Assembly: GCA_945910225.1 (NCBI GenBank)
Contig: CAMDYG010000009.1
Span: 35 to 64,034 of the forward strand
Reading direction: 5' to 3'
DNA length: 64,000 bases
DNA from: an uncultured Eubacterium sp.
GTDB taxonomy: Bacteria; Bacillota; Clostridia; Lachnospirales; Lachnospiraceae
Position 1 is the stretch's first letter. The number at the start of each line of letters is the position of its first letter. The notes under the pieces are model-generated. The model saw only the letters and a list, made by a program, of their open reading frames with translations, was not told the DNA's origin and did not search any database. Both the position numbers and the translations under genes were made by a program. Shown in pieces: positions 61,018-64,000 of the stretch.

Positions 61018-61344
61018 ATGGCAGTAGGAAAAATAGTTGTAACACCAGAAAGACTTGAAGCGGTGTCAACAAAGGTTAATGGATTAGCAGATGAATATAA
61101 GAGTGATTATGAAAAATTATACAAGGAAATTGAAAAGCTTACCAAATTCAAACAGTGGGAAGGAATTGATAATAAGGCATTTTTGGATCAGGTAAAGGCT
61201 TTCGAGGATGATTTGACATATATGTATAATCTCATGAAACAGTATGCGACTTATCTTAAAAAAACAGCCGCTGCTTACAGAGGAGTACAGACAACAGTAA
61301 AAGGTGAGGCAAAACAGAGACTGAAAACAGATGCCACATATTAA
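61018..61344 (+). CDS. WXG100 family protein 3
   Basis: 108 aa. I.VTPERLE..S and a central W-E-G. RBS GGAGG. Confidence 0.9.
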   Translation: MAVGKIVVTPERLEAVSTKVNGLADEYKSDYEKLYKEIEKLTKFKQWEGIDNKAFLDQVKAFEDDLTYMYNLMKQYATYLKKTAAAYRGVQTTVKGEAKQRLKTDATY

Positions 61345-61389
61345 TCATAAAGTTAATCATGAAATGAAATAAAAGGATGAGGTAGGAAG

Positions 61390-62253
61390 ATGAAGAAATT
61401 AATTGAATTATGGGCAGAGAAAAAAGCGTTATGCATAGGAGTAATAGCGGGAGCTGTAATTGTAATAGCCGGAGGAATAACAACCGCAGTAATCATAGGA
61501 AGTAATCACACAGGAAAAGAGACAGCGGTAGCAAGTGAAGAGACAAGCGGTCATAGTAAAGAAACAGATAAGAATAAAAAGAATAACCAGACAACCCAGT
61601 CAGTAACGGAGATATCAACAGAAGTAACAGAAAGTGCCACAGAGGAAGTGACAGACGAGAGCAAGGAAGATAACACAGAAGAAAAAGAAAATGTAAAAGA
61701 AGTAGCAGCAGATAATGACAATACAGTAGAAGAAAAGCCAGGCAACGTGCAATCAGAGAATACAGATAGTAATAATGTATCAGGCAATGAATCATCAGAT
61801 AATGGGGAAAACAGTAATAGCAACAGTGGCAATAATAGTACATCAGAACCAGTAAAACCAGAAGAACCAGTAACACAGGCACCTGTGGTAATTCATGGAA
61901 AAGATGGAGTTATATTGGATGAGCTGACAATGTATAAAAAAAATGGGATCACATTAGTATTGCCTAAAAATGTAGATGAATTAGGGAGCAAATATCGTGG
62001 GCTTAGATGTGAGGAAGATAAAACTGAACTAGAACCTATGAGGGATTCAATATATCTTGAAAAATCATCAGAGCAAGATGTTGTAAATAGATATGGTAAT
62101 CCATATGAGATATCTGAAAATCCAAGAGAAGGAACACAGATATATAAGTATTTTTATTATAAAAGGATTGATGATGATCAACAGGTTATCGTTGAGTATG
62201 TTTTTTTGGATAATGTTTTAAAGCTAATATTTGTAGGCAGTTATAAAGAATAG
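61390..62253 (+). CDS. Membrane-anchored protein with a low-complexity E/T/N/S stalk and a small C-terminal globular domain
   Basis: One N-terminal TM, an acidic/Asn-Ser-rich linker, and C-terminal ...VVNRYGNPY...YKYFYY...VEYVF. Confidence 0.8.
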   Translation: MKKLIELWAEKKALCIGVIAGAVIVIAGGITTAVIIGSNHTGKETAVASEETSGHSKETDKNKKNNQTTQSVTEISTEVTESATEEVTDESKEDNTEEKENVKEVAADNDNTVEEKPGNVQSENTDSNNVSGNESSDNGENSNSNSGNNSTSEPVKPEEPVTQAPVVIHGKDGVILDELTMYKKNGITLVLPKNVDELGSKYRGLRCEEDKTELEPMRDSIYLEKSSEQDVVNRYGNPYEISENPREGTQIYKYFYYKRIDDDQQVIVEYVFLDNVLKLIFVGSYKE

Positions 62254-62303
62254 GAGATAGTATGAAAAATCTTTGATTTTTCACACGCAAGAATGGAGAT
62301 AAT

Positions 62304-64000
62304 ATGAAAAATATACTAAGCAGGGTGGCAGCGGTAATATGCGCATTAATATTATTATTAGTATCAATACCTGTATACAATATCTTTGTATATGCTGGAG
62401 AAGAAAGCATTACAGTTAAAGTTAAGGTGTTAGATCCTAAGGGAACTTCAATAATTCCATATAAAGATACAGAAGGAAATTTGACAGGAGGGGCTGATTT
62501 AACATTTGTCAGTGATACTAATGATACAATAATTACTGAAGTAAAAATTCAATATAATGATGAAGATAAAACATACACTTTACAGGCGAAGGTGTCCAAA
62601 ACATCTTCTTTGTATATACAGGCTGAATATAATGGATTTAAGGGGAAAACTGTATATGAAAAAGATAATAATGCATATACTGTAGGGATAGAAGCTGAGA
62701 AGCTTACATTAAATGATAATGAGAACTATAAAGACGGAGTATATACAGCAGACTACAATAAAGATAATAGCAGGATTACACCGCTAGGGGTAAGCAACAA
62801 TAAAGTCAAAGCATATTATGAGATTGACAATGCACAGGATAATACATGCGGAGCAACTGTGAATTCAGGGGTTATAACATATACAAAAGTAGGAGATGCT
62901 ACAATTATAGTTAAAACAGATGATCCGTTTTATGAGGAAACGAGATATACGTTACATATCAGGAATGTACTTACAAGTAAAGAAAAGTATGAGCAAGAAT
63001 GGGGCGGAGATAGTCAGGATAAAAAATATAATGAAGTTAACCTTGATGAATTAGTTAATAAAGGATATTCAGATGAAGAAATCAAATATACTATAGATAA
63101 TACAGATGGCTTCTCATTGAATAAGAATGTCCTTTCATGGTCACGGGCAGATATACAGACAACAGTAAATGCAGAAACAGAAAGCGGTGGAAAAACACAA
63201 TTTGATTTTAGTGTGAACCGAAAACAATTGAAATTAACTGTCAGTTATGAATCTGACAAAACAGATGAAAAAGTAAATGTCAAATCAGGTGATACGATTA
63301 ATTTATCTTATGGAGATTATTATAATAATACATTAAAGTTTAAATATGAATATGAGCCGGATGATAAACAGAAAGTAAAAGTTAGCAGTGATAATGAAAA
63401 TGTGCTGAAAGTTGATGATGGAGTAGTGACCATAAAAGGAGTGGGAACAGCAAATCTAAAGTTTACAATAGATAATGCTAACTATGAAATCGAATCAGAC
63501 ATGAATTGTACGATTAATGTATTGCCGGTAAAAGCTGAAGCCATAATCTCATATAATGGAGAAACAATTAATAATACAACGAATACATGTGAAATATCTG
63601 AAGAAAAGATTAAATCAGACAACACAATAGATAAATGCTGGGATATCAGATATGAAGGTTTATTGAAAGATTCAGATGAGAATAATCTTAAACCACAATA
63701 CACATGTTCTGACAGTACACTCACAATTAATAGAGACACTGGCAATATATCTGATACAGATGAAATTGAAAGAAATAAAGAATACACAATTAAAGTGTCA
63801 TGGGATAATGGCATATATTCAGTAGCAGAAACATCATTTATATTTAAGATCAAGGGTGAAAATAAATCTGAAGATCCTGATATAAAATATTCAAAGCTTG
63901 AAGTAAAGGATCCATCTAATCCAACAGAGGAGGAAGCAAAATCTCCTTTTAATGAATATATAAGCAGGGATGGGGGAAGATGGACAACAACAAAGGATAT
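62304..64000 (+). CDS. Large secreted Ig-like (Big_2-type) repeat protein, truncated by the window end; not in the ORF track
   Basis: Manual translation is open from ATG 62304 to the end (>565 aa). Sec signal MKNILSRVAAVICALILLLVSIPVYNIFVYA. Big_2-like segments VSSDNENVLKVDDGVVTIKGVGTANL and ATVNSGVITYTKVGDATIIV. Confidence 0.85.
   Translation, partial: MKNILSRVAAVICALILLLVSIPVYNIFVYAGEESITVKVKVLDPKGTSIIPYKDTEGNLTGGADLTFVSDTNDTIITEVKIQYNDEDKTYTLQAKVSKTSSLYIQAEYNGFKGKTVYEKDNNAYTVGIEAEKLTLNDNENYKDGVYTADYNKDNSRITPLGVSNNKVKAYYEIDNAQDNTCGATVNSGVITYTKVGDATIIVKTDDPFYEETRYTLHIRNVLTSKEKYEQEWGGDSQDKKYNEVNLDELVNKGYSDEEIKYTIDNTDGFSLNKNVLSWSRADIQTTVNAETESGGKTQFDFSVNRKQLKLTVSYESDKTDEKVNVKSGDTINLSYGDYYNNTLKFKYEYEPDDKQKVKVSSDNENVLKVDDGVVTIKGVGTANLKFTIDNANYEIESDMNCTINVLPVKAEAIISYNGETINNTTNTCEISEEKIKSDNTIDKCWDIRYEGLLKDSDENNLKPQYTCSDSTLTINRDTGNISDTDEIERNKEYTIKVSWDNGIYSVAETSFIFKIKGENKSEDPDIKYSKLEVKDPSNPTEEEAKSPFNEYISRDGGRWTTTKD

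Noticed and set aside
632-63853. Many 60-240 aa ORFs antisense to or nested in long genes (e.g. 7763..8329, 14684..15352, 31822..32547, 42024..42665, 63482..63853)
   Set aside because: These are shadow frames of well-supported genes, with no motifs or RBS.
1-64000. rRNA, tRNA, transposase, integrase, prophage or cas genes
   Set aside because: None recognised on either strand by eye. tRNAscan and Infernal were not run.

Overview
Low-GC Firmicute chromosomal window. Gene order and codon style suggest a gut Lachnospiraceae (inference). Mostly housekeeping and metabolic genes: an Ala/Gly symporter, fhs behind a tandem glycine riboswitch, two YhgE/Pip proteins, a GT8-GT8 fusion plus acyltransferase, csoR-HMA-copA, tig-clpP-clpX-lon-engB, rho-rpmE-DUF1385-prmC-prfA, hom, rnhA, HMA-cadA-arsR and nadABC-niaR. 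The window ends in a compact type VII secretion-like locus: FHA-EssC, a YukD/EsaB-like protein, three WXG100 proteins, a membrane-anchored protein and a large Ig-like protein running off the end. No essA, essB or adjacent esaA is visible. No rRNA, tRNA, cas gene or transposase was seen. Most unusual signals: (1) the minimal T7SS with WXG100 partners carrying complementary signal motifs; (2) an in-frame internal RBS+ATG in copA that could release a free CopZ; (3) an array of four CCTACTAAA-N17-TTTAGTAGG inverted-repeat units, with a fifth copy 38 kb away; (4) a glycine riboswitch pointing at fhs rather than the divergent symporter, with an apparent RBS-sequestering ON switch; (5) a family of nested palindromic intergenic repeats. 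Start codons were adjusted by eye where an RBS suggested a later start. No database searches were run.
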